From the NCBI GenBank assembly GCA_964621445.1, contig CAZUNO010000007.1, positions 63,045-127,044 on the forward strand: a stretch of 64,000 bases of DNA. Direction: 5' to 3'. Within the stretch, counting starts at the first letter, position 1, and each line of letters opens with the position of its first letter. Of this stretch, positions 46,442 to 56,001 are shown one piece after another. This DNA is from Candidatus Hadarchaeota archaeon. GTDB taxonomy: Archaea; CAYQAE01; CAYVLA01. The notes below the pieces were generated by a model. That model saw nothing but the letters and a program-made list of their open reading frames with translations. It was not told the origin of the DNA and did no database searches. A program made the position numbers and the translations under genes.

Positions 46442-47689
46442 TCAGCCCTTCCTGTTCCCGTCCGCTACGGTATTTATGATCCGTGATGCGAGTTGACAAT
46501 CCTCGCTTTGCCATTTCTCACAGAAAGTCGACCACCGGATGAACTCATCCAGAAAGGCGGTGGCGTTGGGATACATCTCTTTCCGGTACCTATAATTCCT
46601 ACTTGCCGGGGGATGGGAGTATGGATAGGCGTGATTCCTTGCCCTCTCCTCGAGGAATGTACATGCCAGGGGCATCAGGTAGTATTTACCCTGCCCCGCG
46701 CCGGGAATCCCTGCTTCCGACAGCTGATTGGCAAACTCCTCGGGACTGCAGCTGAAGTCCCCGCTGTCTATGGTCATCCCGAACATCCAACAGGAATAAA
46801 CATCCAGGTAATCGGGCAGGGGCAGGGGGTAAACTCCGGGAATGCCCTCTATTAGCCCCGAGAGGAGTCGGGACATGCTGTCAATTTTCTTCACGTTTTC
46901 CTTGATATTCTCGAGCTGGGCCAGGCAGATGGCAGCGGTACATTGTGGCATTCTGTAGGCGTACCCGGGGGCTATGTGCTTTCTTCCGAAATGTGACTCC
47001 ATCCTGGCTCCCCTGCTCTGTCCAATGAACCGGATCCTCTCCGCCAGTTCGTGATCATCGGTTACCACACATCCTCCCACGTCTGACCCCATGGTCTTTT
47101 CGGCGTCGAATGAGAAACCGGCCGCCTTGGACAGCGTACCGGCATATCTCCCCTTATATTCACCGAAAATAGCTTGACAGGCATCCTCGTAGACGATCAG
47201 GTCGTTATCCTCTGCAAGGTCATTGATGGGATCCATATCGCATATTATCCCCGTCTTATGTACAACGAGTATGGCTCGGGTACGGTCGGTTATGCAGGGC
47301 TCAATGGTCTCTGCATTAAGGTTTATGATCCCCGGCTCGGTGTCAGCGAAGACCGGTATGTAGTTCTCCCTGACCAATCCCTGTATGGTCCCGTAATCGG
47401 TTACTGGACTTACGATTATCTCGTCTCCAGGGTCGAAATCAAAGGCCGCGGCCAGTGCTGCCAGTGCGGGGGTGCAGCCTGGGGTGGCTATACAGTTTTC
47501 CACTCCCAGTTCCCGAGCGAAGGCAGTCTCAAAACGCCCGACCAAGTCACAGGTCAGGCCGCTATCTATGACCTCCTTCAGGTAGTTCATGCAGTTTCTC
47601 CCCATCATTCTCGGAAATGTGCTGGGGAGGTTCCCGGACATGTCCGGAAAGGCCTCGGCTCCGTATTTTGCCCTCTCCCTGCTCACCAT
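46442..47689 (-). CDS. DegT/DnrJ/EryC1/StrS family PLP-dependent (sugar) aminotransferase
   Basis: FE..FA..LG, PGDEIIV, PVFAD, TRAILVVH..G..CDMD, EDACQA, FSFDAEKTM (PLP Lys), GYAYRM. Confidence 0.9.
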   Translation of the reverse strand: MVSRERAKYGAEAFPDMSGNLPSTFPRMMGRNCMNYLKEVIDSGLTCDLVGRFETAFARELGVENCIATPGCTPALAALAAAFDFDPGDEIIVSPVTDYGTIQGLVRENYIPVFADTEPGIINLNAETIEPCITDRTRAILVVHKTGIICDMDPINDLAEDNDLIVYEDACQAIFGEYKGRYAGTLSKAAGFSFDAEKTMGSDVGGCVVTDDHELAERIRFIGQSRGARMESHFGRKHIAPGYAYRMPQCTAAICLAQLENIKENVKKIDSMSRLLSGLIEGIPGVYPLPLPDYLDVYSCWMFGMTIDSGDFSCSPEEFANQLSEAGIPGAGQGKYYLMPLACTFLEERARNHAYPYSHPPASRNYRYRKEMYPNATAFLDEFIRWSTFCEKWQSEDCQLASRIINTVADGNRKG

Positions 47690-47690
47690 A

Positions 47691-48425
47691 TCATTCCCCA
47701 CTCAAAAGGTAGTCTACGACACTGTTTGGTTCGGCTAGCCAGACGTCATCCGCTCCAATTCCAACTATTCTACTGAACCTTTCATCCAGTTCCTCCAGGG
47801 AACAATCTTTCCAGGGGTGGATTGGTTTGCCGGGCATAGGACAGTGGCAATAATCGATGATCCAACCGCCTGCCTCAATGGCCTGGTGGATCCTCTTGTA
47901 GGGATCAAAGGTTGAATAGAAAGGAGGGGGAAACTCGCTGTGTATTGGACAGCGACTTAATCGCATTAGGTCAGTTCGCGGGGTGTTTATATCGTCATAT
48001 ATGGTCATTATGGCGGAATATCCTGCCTTCTTGGCGGGCTGGAGCGAGGCGGGATAGCACTGGTTGCTACCTGGAACGCAGAATATCTGGATGGACATTC
48101 CCAGTATCTCCTCTAGAAGGTTCTTGGATTCCATTACCTCGAATCCGGCATTTTCATCATCAATTGGAGAGTGAGACATGCTGTGACAGGACACGCCCCA
48201 ACCCTGGTCGACGAGTATTTGGATTTCCTCCTTGGACAGAATCATCATTCCATCGTAGCTGCTTCCCGGAACGTCTCTAGGCACTCCTATCTGGCTGGCA
48301 ACCAGGCAGACATGGCCTGGGATCCCGTACCTCTGGTGTAAGGGAACCACGTACTCGAGCAGAGCTTTGCAGCCTTCATCATAAGTTATCGAATAGACCC
48401 ACTTCTTGCCATTCTTCCAGGCCAT
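47691..48425 (-). CDS. Polysaccharide deacetylase (CE4/NodB-like)
   Basis: SITYDEG (TFDDG-like), G W.V.CHSMSH, GGWII...H. Confidence 0.8.
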   Translation of the reverse strand: MAWKNGKKWVYSITYDEGCKALLEYVVPLHQRYGIPGHVCLVASQIGVPRDVPGSSYDGMMILSKEEIQILVDQGWGVSCHSMSHSPIDDENAGFEVMESKNLLEEILGMSIQIFCVPGSNQCYPASLQPAKKAGYSAIMTIYDDINTPRTDLMRLSRCPIHSEFPPPFYSTFDPYKRIHQAIEAGGWIIDYCHCPMPGKPIHPWKDCSLEELDERFSRIVGIGADDVWLAEPNSVVDYLLSGE

Positions 48426-48554
48426 CTTTACCTAACTCCCAATTACAGTAACCCTTGTATTGCTTTCGGTCGCATTAATCCGTGGCCTCTTTTGAAGGGT
48501 CCTCCACCAAATATGTTTTAGGAGACGTATCCCCCTATTATGGATGTGATTTGA

Positions 48555-49007
48555 ATGGACGGAAGAAGCTTCAAAGGAAAAAAGTTCTGGATACTTAGAA
48601 TCGACCCTGGAGAGGACGTTCTGGTATCCATGAAGGACTTCATTAGCCAGAATGGTATTCGCCATGGGGTAGTGGTCTGCGGGTATGGTACCTTCGCCAA
48701 GGTACGCCTTCATTGGGTTGAACATAACAGGTTCCCCACCGATAACCGTTTCGATGAATGGGAAGATGGAATCGAGTTGATGTCAATGAGCGGTCTCATC
48801 ATCGATGGAGATCCCCATGTTCATTTCACGGCAGCAACTCCAGACGGCGCTTTCGGAGGCCATCTGGAGGAGGGATGTACCTGCTATGTGTTATGCGAAA
48901 TATGCATAGTGGAGCTAGAAGGAGGCCCTATGAGCAGGGAAATAAGGGAAATCGCAAGGGATCCGCAGGGCAACCCTGTGGAGGGACCGCGCTTGATATT
49001 CGGTTAG
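48555..49007 (+). CDS. PPC/DUF296 domain protein
   Basis: LRIDPGEDV, ELMSMSG, PHVHF, FGGHLEEG, CEI. Confidence 0.88.
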   Translation: MDGRSFKGKKFWILRIDPGEDVLVSMKDFISQNGIRHGVVVCGYGTFAKVRLHWVEHNRFPTDNRFDEWEDGIELMSMSGLIIDGDPHVHFTAATPDGAFGGHLEEGCTCYVLCEICIVELEGGPMSREIREIARDPQGNPVEGPRLIFG

Positions 49008-49203
49008 ATGGCAGCTTAACGGCACAATCGAGATTCCAACCACCAAGACCCCGGTAGAAACCATTGGTTCCAAATGATAAAAGAATAATCCACTACACGG
49101 GACGCCTTTTCTCGTCCCTTAGCTTTAGATAGGTACCGGAGAGGGCGCTCTACCTTGGAGAGTCTCTGTCTAGGACCGTCGGGAAGTTGCCCTCGAATTT
49201 TCA

Positions 49204-50109
49204 CTATCTCTCTATTTCAAGCCAAGGTACCTGCACCAGCACCGGTATATGGGTTTCGATGGGGTGCTCCCATACGCCCTGTTCACCGAAGGCTTCTCCG
49301 TGGTCGGTGGTAACCACTACTTTCCCCTCGATTTCTTCGATGAGGCGGGAGGCACATTTAAGGACGCTTCTCATATTATCCTCATAATAACTCTGGAGAA
49401 TATCCTTGCCCCCGCTAAACAGAGCGGATAGAATAGCCTTTGGTCCCATATCCAGCCACATGCCGAGTTTCATGATGCTCCTTTTTCTACGAATCAGTCT
49501 TTCTAGCCGGGGGACCATCCATCTCCCGAGGGATGGCATTATTCCATTTCCATCGGGGTTTATTCCCTTTCCCTCAATCCCGCTCCTGATCTGTTTGAGT
49601 CTTATCCCCCTCCCCGCGGCAAGGTAGGGAGAGTGAGGTTGTATATAATGAATTATTGTCCTGGTATCATCTGGCCTGGACAAGAAGGCATCGTTGACGT
49701 TTCGCGGGGGTACGGTGCCCAGCCTATCGTCCCAGCCAAAATCCCAAACATCCACTATTTCGGAGAAGTGATCCGTCGGTTTCCACGTGTATTTACAGGA
49801 TGAACCCCAGAAGCTCTTATTGAGTGGAAGTCCCTTGCTGTTAACATATGGGTTGGCAGAGAAGTAGGTAAATTCAGTCTGGCCGGAAAACGTTTTGGCA
49901 AGCCAATCCGGTGTTGATGACCCCCTGCTCACTCTTTTCTCCAAATCACCATCTAGATAATCCCGGTAGACTCGCTCAAAGATATCGTAACGGCATGCAT
50001 CCAGTATCAGAAGATAATCCCAATCCTCATTGGCAACATTCTGGTCCTGCATCCTACCATCTGGTTTTGCTATCCAACCGGTGCTGGGCGGGAATAAGTG
50101 TGTTTCCAC
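49204..50109 (-). CDS. Alkaline phosphatase/sulfatase-superfamily protein (archaeal type)
   Basis: WDYLLILDACRYD, SRGSSTPDW, SANP, HYIQPHSPY, TTDHGEAFGE.G.WEHP, VPW. Confidence 0.8.
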   Translation of the reverse strand: METHLFPPSTGWIAKPDGRMQDQNVANEDWDYLLILDACRYDIFERVYRDYLDGDLEKRVSRGSSTPDWLAKTFSGQTEFTYFSANPYVNSKGLPLNKSFWGSSCKYTWKPTDHFSEIVDVWDFGWDDRLGTVPPRNVNDAFLSRPDDTRTIIHYIQPHSPYLAAGRGIRLKQIRSGIEGKGINPDGNGIMPSLGRWMVPRLERLIRRKRSIMKLGMWLDMGPKAILSALFSGGKDILQSYYEDNMRSVLKCASRLIEEIEGKVVVTTDHGEAFGEQGVWEHPIETHIPVLVQVPWLEIER

Positions 50110-50230
50110 TTATGATTCCTTATGGCGATGAAGTCATTCTCAGAGATATGTTGCTAATGGAGAAACATACGATTCCTTTTTAATTATGGATCCAGATTTT
50201 CTTGAAGAACGCGATCTCGAAGGTAGTTCA

Positions 50231-51235
50231 ATGGTCTGGAATATACTAAAGAGGGTGGTCCCGATTCTGGTCGGGTTAGCCATCTTTTTAGCCATGCTAG
50301 GTTTCCTGAGCATTGAGGAAATACTCGGTAATCTTGCAAATGTCGATCCCTTGCTCTGCCTCCTTGCCATCGGTTGCATATTCTGTTCCTCCATTCTCTG
50401 GGCCTCGCGATGGAAGCTATTCGTCGATCAGGGAGGAACCGAAGTTTCCAGGATGGAGCTTCTAAAGGATCTGCTGGTAGGGATGTCCATCAATAACCTG
50501 ACGCCCGTGGCCAAGTTGGGGGGAGGTCCGGTTCGGGCCTATCTATTGGAGAAGAAGGAGGGTATAGAAATGAAGGTCGGCCTGGCAACGGTAATGGCGG
50601 AACTCACGGTTCTTTTCCTGGTCATGGTAGGTTTGGTGGTTTTGTCGGTGTTCCTGGTGGGAACGGTGATGGACCCTCCCACTTGGCTGGTGGTGCTACT
50701 AGTACCGTTTGGCATTCTTTCATCCCTGGCTTTCATGGGGATACTGGGGGTGTATTCAAATAACCAGAGCATCGTGAGGCTAATGGAATGGCTGGGATCC
50801 AGGTGGGAAAGGCTAGAGTCCCACCATTTCAGCGTCATGGGAACATATCGGGGGTTTCAGAAGGCCTTCAGCAGGTGTTTTAGGGACAAAAGGGTTTTCG
50901 CAAAGGCCTTAGGATATACAATACTTGCCAAGGGATTCGATTTCGCCAAGTTCTATCTTCTGTTCAACGCCCTGGGATACGGAATAGGTTTTGGTAAGAT
51001 AATGGTGGCTCTGGGCCTTGGTTCCGTTCTCCTTTCCCTTCCCACAACTCCCGGGTCGCTAGGGGTGTATGAGGGAGGTATAGTGTCGGTGCTCGCCCTT
51101 CTCGGTGTTCCAGCCCAGATATCGGCGGCGGGGATATTCATCGATAGGCTGGTACTGTACTGGGGTGTTACCCTTGTTGGGGGATATCTGGGGACGAGGT
51201 ATGGGATAGATATACTGAAAAACAGGAGGTTATGA
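50231..51235 (+). CDS. Flippase-like / lysylphosphatidylglycerol synthase TM-domain protein (UPF0104)
   Basis: RW, NNLTP.AKLGG.PVRAY, LPTTPGSLGVYEG, DRL..YW; multiple TM helices. Confidence 0.85.
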   Translation: MVWNILKRVVPILVGLAIFLAMLGFLSIEEILGNLANVDPLLCLLAIGCIFCSSILWASRWKLFVDQGGTEVSRMELLKDLLVGMSINNLTPVAKLGGGPVRAYLLEKKEGIEMKVGLATVMAELTVLFLVMVGLVVLSVFLVGTVMDPPTWLVVLLVPFGILSSLAFMGILGVYSNNQSIVRLMEWLGSRWERLESHHFSVMGTYRGFQKAFSRCFRDKRVFAKALGYTILAKGFDFAKFYLLFNALGYGIGFGKIMVALGLGSVLLSLPTTPGSLGVYEGGIVSVLALLGVPAQISAAGIFIDRLVLYWGVTLVGGYLGTRYGIDILKNRRL

Positions 51236-51306
51236 ATCGGAAGCGGGTAAATACCAGAGTGATATTAGCCCGCCAGTTTTTTATCCAGGTACGGCATAAC
51301 CTTCCC

Positions 51307-52499
51307 ATGGGCGGTAGGCCGGTTGAATCGGTTCTCGGGCCGCTGGTCCTGTTGCTCCTGGTCCTTCCCTCGGGAAGCGGGCCACCCCTGAGAGAATATG
51401 CTGCTTCGTGATCGGTGACTCGGTAACCGCCCCCTGGAACCCTTTCAGCTCACTATTCGTACAGGACCCCCTCTTTCGTTACAGCCTCTACCCCCTGGGG
51501 CACGTTTCCAACCAGGAAAAGAGGAAGCTAGATCGCGTTTACTACCCCCGCACCGGAGAGATGCTTGCTGAGAGCTATGACTTCATGGTTTTTAGGGACG
51601 CCCGCGTCACCCATTTCACTCCTCGACAGTTCAAGGACCTGGAACATGTCTTCCGGGAGGAAGGCATGGGGTCCGTTGCCGTACATAGTCTTTCATGGAA
51701 TGTTGCCTGGCAGCCGACTGTGCTTATTGAACTATCTCCCATTTCAGAGTACGAGTTTAGATTTACTATCCCATGGAGGGTAAGAATAAGGCGCTCTGCT
51801 GATATCTTCCTTCCCTTCCTGGAGCTGGGAATCGAGAAGGCGGTAGGTGAGGAATACGGGCTGATGAAGCCCAAACCCGGTGCCAGGGTGTGGGCCGACA
51901 TGGTTCCTCAGGACCAGCCCTGGCTTGTATCCTGGAGACCCGGAGGAGGAAACCCAGGAATGAGATGGGCGTTCGCCGACAAATTCGACCCTTCATGGTG
52001 GGGTACGGCACCCGGTGCCAAACAGGATAATCCCTATGCAATTGATTTTGCCACCAATCTCATTCTGCACTCTCTTAATAGGCCTTTAATCAGCGACATT
52101 CATGCAATAAGATATGCCAGAAATCTCTTCTCGACCCTGAGGTCACAAAAGCTCCTGGTTCTTTCCATGCTATCCTGGGCTGAGAACTTCGGGGCAAATG
52201 TATTGCCCATTTCCGAGCGTCTCAGCCATATTGAGGAGCAATCGGAAGATGCGGTGGATTCATATCTCGAACAGGATTATGACTCGGCCACGGAGTTCCT
52301 CGCCTTGCTGGACGATGTGGTAACCGATATCTCCGAACAGGCGAGACGTCTAAAGGATCAGGCCCTATTCTGGGTCTTCGTCTCCGAATGGTTGGCAGTC
52401 ACATCGGTTTCAATCCTTGCAGGCCTGGTCCTGTGGACCTTGATGGTGAAGAGGAGACTATATAGACCTGCCAGGGAAACCAGGCTGACCCGAGAATGA
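51307..52499 (+). CDS. Membrane-anchored protein with GATase1-like domain and helical bundle; apparent frameshift between signal peptide and body
   Basis: Main frame 51408-52499 is paralogous to the next gene; a signal-peptide ORF from ATG 51307 (MGGRPVESVLGPLVLLLLVLPSGSG) lies in another frame and stops at 51411. Confidence 0.65.
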
Positions 52500-52518
52500 T
52501 CGCCCCACCCGCCCAAAC

Positions 52519-52525
52519 TTATATA
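52519..52525 (+). promoter_or_regulatory. Putative TATA box
   Basis: CCAAAC-TTATATA about 20 nt upstream of ATG 52542. Confidence 0.4.
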
Positions 52526-52541
52526 GAAGAAATGAAGCACT

Positions 52542-53795
52542 ATGAGAGTGCACAACAGGATAATTATCCTGCTAACCTCTCTGGTGTTACTATCATCGGC
52601 CAGCGTGTTTAGCTCCCAGTCCATCGTCGACGTGCTATATCTCTGTGGTAATAGCTGGAATATAGGGGGACATAGAAGGGATATACTGATGAGGGCGGAT
52701 CCCTCGCTTGAGGTTGATGGGGTGCAGACCGTTGCCCCCTATCAGATATGGGACGGCACCATAAACCCCTCCGAGGTTAACAGAAAGCTGCGAATATACA
52801 TGCCGAGGAACTACGCCCACATGGCTGAGAAATACGATCTAATCGTTCTACATGACGTATGCCACGCACATCCGCTTGAGGCGGGGGTTCTTTTTGACCG
52901 GAAGTGGATTCACTGGATGGTTAGAGGGCTCGAGGAAGGGGACATAAACCTGACCATGTGGGGCGGCGACTGTTGTTGGGGAGGTCAGGGGGAGCAAAGG
53001 AACCCCTCCTGGGAGGAAACGAGTCTAGCACCCGTCTTGCCCTTCAATTCCATAGGTGGGTATTACCCACCGACATTCATCGGGATTTACATGAGACCCC
53101 GGTTCGTGGATCCCGAACATCCCCTCAACCGTCTTCCATGGAAAAATGCACCGGGAATCGGGGTGTTGAATGCAGTTTCGGTCAGGCCTGGTGCCAACCT
53201 GGTGGCGGAGGCAGTATCCAATACCGCCTCATATCCCTGGATATCTTGGTGGATATGGGATCAGGGCAGAGTTGTGGGAGAGACCCAGGTGTTTAGCAGC
53301 CTCGGTGCGGGGGAGGTGATGAGAGAGGAGTGGGAATGGTGGCAGGACTTTGTCATTTATCTCGCCTATTTCTCCGTCGGGAAGGAAATTCCAGACGATG
53401 TAATCTTGGCTCATCGGTTAAGACAGGAGATCAACCTCTACATTACCAAGAAGTCCATGCTGGTTTCGGTTCTGGAGTTCGTCGAGAAACTGGGCGCTCG
53501 AACGGTGACCCTTTATGAAGAACTTGAGGATATCAATGGATTGAAAGCTAGTGCCGAGGAATACTATAGAGATGGTAAGTATGATGCTGCCGCCGAGACT
53601 TTCGAGGAAATGGAAATGGCCTGGCAGGGCCTTGATGCCAAGGCCATCGAGTTGAAGGATAACGCTTTGACGTGGATATACGCCATTGAGTGGTTGGTGG
53701 TATCCGCGGTTTCGTTGGCCTCGGGCGTTGCCATATGGACCCTGATGATCGGACGTAGGTTTTATCGTGGTGTGGGCATCACGAGATGGGACTAG
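52542..53795 (+). CDS. Membrane-anchored protein with GATase1-like (DUF1355-like) domain, helical bundle and C-terminal TM
   Basis: Signal peptide; YDLIVLHD, GL..G...L.MWGG, W.ETSLAPVLP, HPL..LPW, GA.LVA, W.WDQGRV; C-terminal IEWLVVSAVSLASGVAIWTLM then RR. Confidence 0.7.
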   Translation: MRVHNRIIILLTSLVLLSSASVFSSQSIVDVLYLCGNSWNIGGHRRDILMRADPSLEVDGVQTVAPYQIWDGTINPSEVNRKLRIYMPRNYAHMAEKYDLIVLHDVCHAHPLEAGVLFDRKWIHWMVRGLEEGDINLTMWGGDCCWGGQGEQRNPSWEETSLAPVLPFNSIGGYYPPTFIGIYMRPRFVDPEHPLNRLPWKNAPGIGVLNAVSVRPGANLVAEAVSNTASYPWISWWIWDQGRVVGETQVFSSLGAGEVMREEWEWWQDFVIYLAYFSVGKEIPDDVILAHRLRQEINLYITKKSMLVSVLEFVEKLGARTVTLYEELEDINGLKASAEEYYRDGKYDAAAETFEEMEMAWQGLDAKAIELKDNALTWIYAIEWLVVSAVSLASGVAIWTLMIGRRFYRGVGITRWD

Positions 53796-53885
53796 AATAT
53801 GGAAATTTCAAGATAAATCTGGCCCTCCCTTCCAATGGACGATAAATTTGTTAAATACGGATTTACCCATATTCAGTGCCCGGAA

Positions 53886-55322
53886 ATGAGCAATGACCAG
53901 CCCGAAAGGCCAAATATCCTGTTCATAACTGCCGACGACATGAATTATGATTCCCCCGGGGCGTGTGGGTGCGGGATTTCGAATATAACACCATACATTG
54001 ACCAGCTGGCCAGGGAAGGAATACGATTTGAGAACGCCCACGTGAACATCGCGGTGTGCATGCCCAGTAGAGAGACCCTGATGACCGGTCGGTATCCGCA
54101 TCGTAGTGGTGGGGAGGGATTTCAACCCATTGCCATTGACGTTCCGACACTGCAGGAACAGCTCAGCAAGGCAGGTTACGTGAACGGCATAATGGGAAAG
54201 GAGACCCACCTGGCGCCAAGAGAGAAGTTCTGCTGGGATTTCCTGGTAACCATGGAACAGCTGGGTAGGGGCCGTGAGCCTGGGCTTTACAATGAATATG
54301 CCCGGGAATTTTTTCAGAATGCAAAGAGAGAGGGAAGGAACTTTTTCCTGATGGCTAACTCTCATGATCCCCACAGGCCGTTTGCGGGCAGCCAGCAGGA
54401 GCGGGAGAAGTGGGGAAATGACCCTCCGGGCTATAACCGGAAGATAGATGAGGAAGAAGTAGAGGTACCGGGTTTTCTGCCCGACATTCCAGATGTCAGG
54501 AAGGAGATTGCTGAGTACTTCACCTCAGTTCACCGCTGTGATGAAAGCGTGGGTGCGGTTATCGAGGCCCTGAAGGAGATCGGGCTCTACGAAAGCACTC
54601 TGATAATGTTCCTGAGTGATAACGGAATGGCCCTGCCTTTTGCTAAGACAAACTGCTACCTGAATAGCACCAAGACGCCATGGATCGTCAGCTGGCCGGG
54701 AAGGGTGAAGCCCAAAACCGTTGATCGGAAGCACTTCATCTCGGGCATAGACTACATGCCAACCATTCTCGAGGCGGCGGGTTTACCATCAGTACCCGGG
54801 ATGGACGGTTTCTCCTTCCTCCCCCTGCTATTTGGAGAGGATCAGGCACATCGCAGCTTTGTTTTTACGGAATTCCATGAAACGGCCGCCAATAGACGGT
54901 ACCCTATGAGGTGTATTCAGGATCGGGAATACGGATATATATTCAATTTCTGGGCCGACAGCGAGACGGTATTCAGGAACGAATCCCAGAATGGACGCAC
55001 CTTCAAGGCCATGAAGGTTGCATCTGAATCGAATGACCAAATCAGGGATCGCCTGGACCTCTTTCTTTATCGGGTTCAGGAGGAATTTTACTACTTCAGG
55101 GATGACCCAAACGCGCTGGAGAACCTAGCTTGCTCCGAGGAGAGGGATAGAATCGAGAAATACAGATCATTGCTGGCCGACTGGATGCGGAGAACAAGTG
55201 ACCCGGCGCTGGAGGCCTTTGAGAACCGGGGATCCACACGGTCCATAGAACGGTTCATGGAAAAACAGAGAGAGAAGGCTAGGATCAACCATCGACGTAA
55301 GCTAGAGGCACGAAGAAAATGA
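53886..55322 (+). CDS. Cys-type (formylglycine-dependent) sulfatase, N-sulfoglucosamine sulfohydrolase-like
   Basis: RPNILFITADD, CMPSRETLMTGRYPH, DPHRPF, VP.FLPD.P.VR.E.A.Y, SDNGM..PFAK.N.Y, YPMR. Confidence 0.9.
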   Translation: MSNDQPERPNILFITADDMNYDSPGACGCGISNITPYIDQLAREGIRFENAHVNIAVCMPSRETLMTGRYPHRSGGEGFQPIAIDVPTLQEQLSKAGYVNGIMGKETHLAPREKFCWDFLVTMEQLGRGREPGLYNEYAREFFQNAKREGRNFFLMANSHDPHRPFAGSQQEREKWGNDPPGYNRKIDEEEVEVPGFLPDIPDVRKEIAEYFTSVHRCDESVGAVIEALKEIGLYESTLIMFLSDNGMALPFAKTNCYLNSTKTPWIVSWPGRVKPKTVDRKHFISGIDYMPTILEAAGLPSVPGMDGFSFLPLLFGEDQAHRSFVFTEFHETAANRRYPMRCIQDREYGYIFNFWADSETVFRNESQNGRTFKAMKVASESNDQIRDRLDLFLYRVQEEFYYFRDDPNALENLACSEERDRIEKYRSLLADWMRRTSDPALEAFENRGSTRSIERFMEKQREKARINHRRKLEARRK

Positions 55323-55335
55323 GGGAGGCCCTGAT

Positions 55336-55920
55336 TTGAGCGAAGATGAACATCAGGTGGATCTAGATAGGTGCCTAGTCCTGCCATGTAACGAAATCAA
55401 CCTAGATCCAATTGACCGTGAGGGACCAATCATAGACCTCGGGGGAGGAGGGGAGGGAATAATCGGCCTGATAAACGGCTCCAAAGTTATTGCCCTGGAT
55501 ATGGACCGGGAAGAACTCGAGGGAGCAAGGAACCAGGCTCAGGACGTGATCATGGATATTAGGAGAATGGGCTTGATCCGGGGGTCAGTTCCCACTGTGG
55601 CCTCCTTTTTCACCATGATGTACCTGCCCAGAGATGCGTGGAAAGAGGTATTCTCGGAGGTAAGAAGGGTTCTAAGGCCTGGTGGGGAGTTCTGGATCTG
55701 GGATGCGCGTTTTAGGGTTCCTCCGAATTGTGAAAAGGATGCCCAGGTGATACTCCTGAGAATTACCGATCCCCAGGGAACGGAGATCGAAACCGGGTAT
55801 GGATGTACTCTTCATAACCAGGATATGGAGGATTTCGTCGGACTTGCGGAGGATGGTTTCAGGGTCATTTTCAGAGAGAGGAAAAAGGACGTTTTCCACC
55901 TCAGACTAAGGAAGACCTAG
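55336..55920 (+). CDS. Class I SAM-dependent methyltransferase
   Basis: IIDLGGGGEG, VIALD, FSEVRRVLRPGG.F.IWD. Confidence 0.82.
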   Translation: MSEDEHQVDLDRCLVLPCNEINLDPIDREGPIIDLGGGGEGIIGLINGSKVIALDMDREELEGARNQAQDVIMDIRRMGLIRGSVPTVASFFTMMYLPRDAWKEVFSEVRRVLRPGGEFWIWDARFRVPPNCEKDAQVILLRITDPQGTEIETGYGCTLHNQDMEDFVGLAEDGFRVIFRERKKDVFHLRLRKT

Positions 55921-56001
55921 ATGTTGGAATCGCTTCAAAAGACAGCGACGATTTATGAGCAGGTGACCGAATTGCCGGAGTGGAATAGGGAGTTGGATTG
56001 A

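Noticed and set aside
53808-54374. 188-aa minus-strand ORF
   Set aside because: Antisense to the conserved N-terminus of the Cys-type sulfatase
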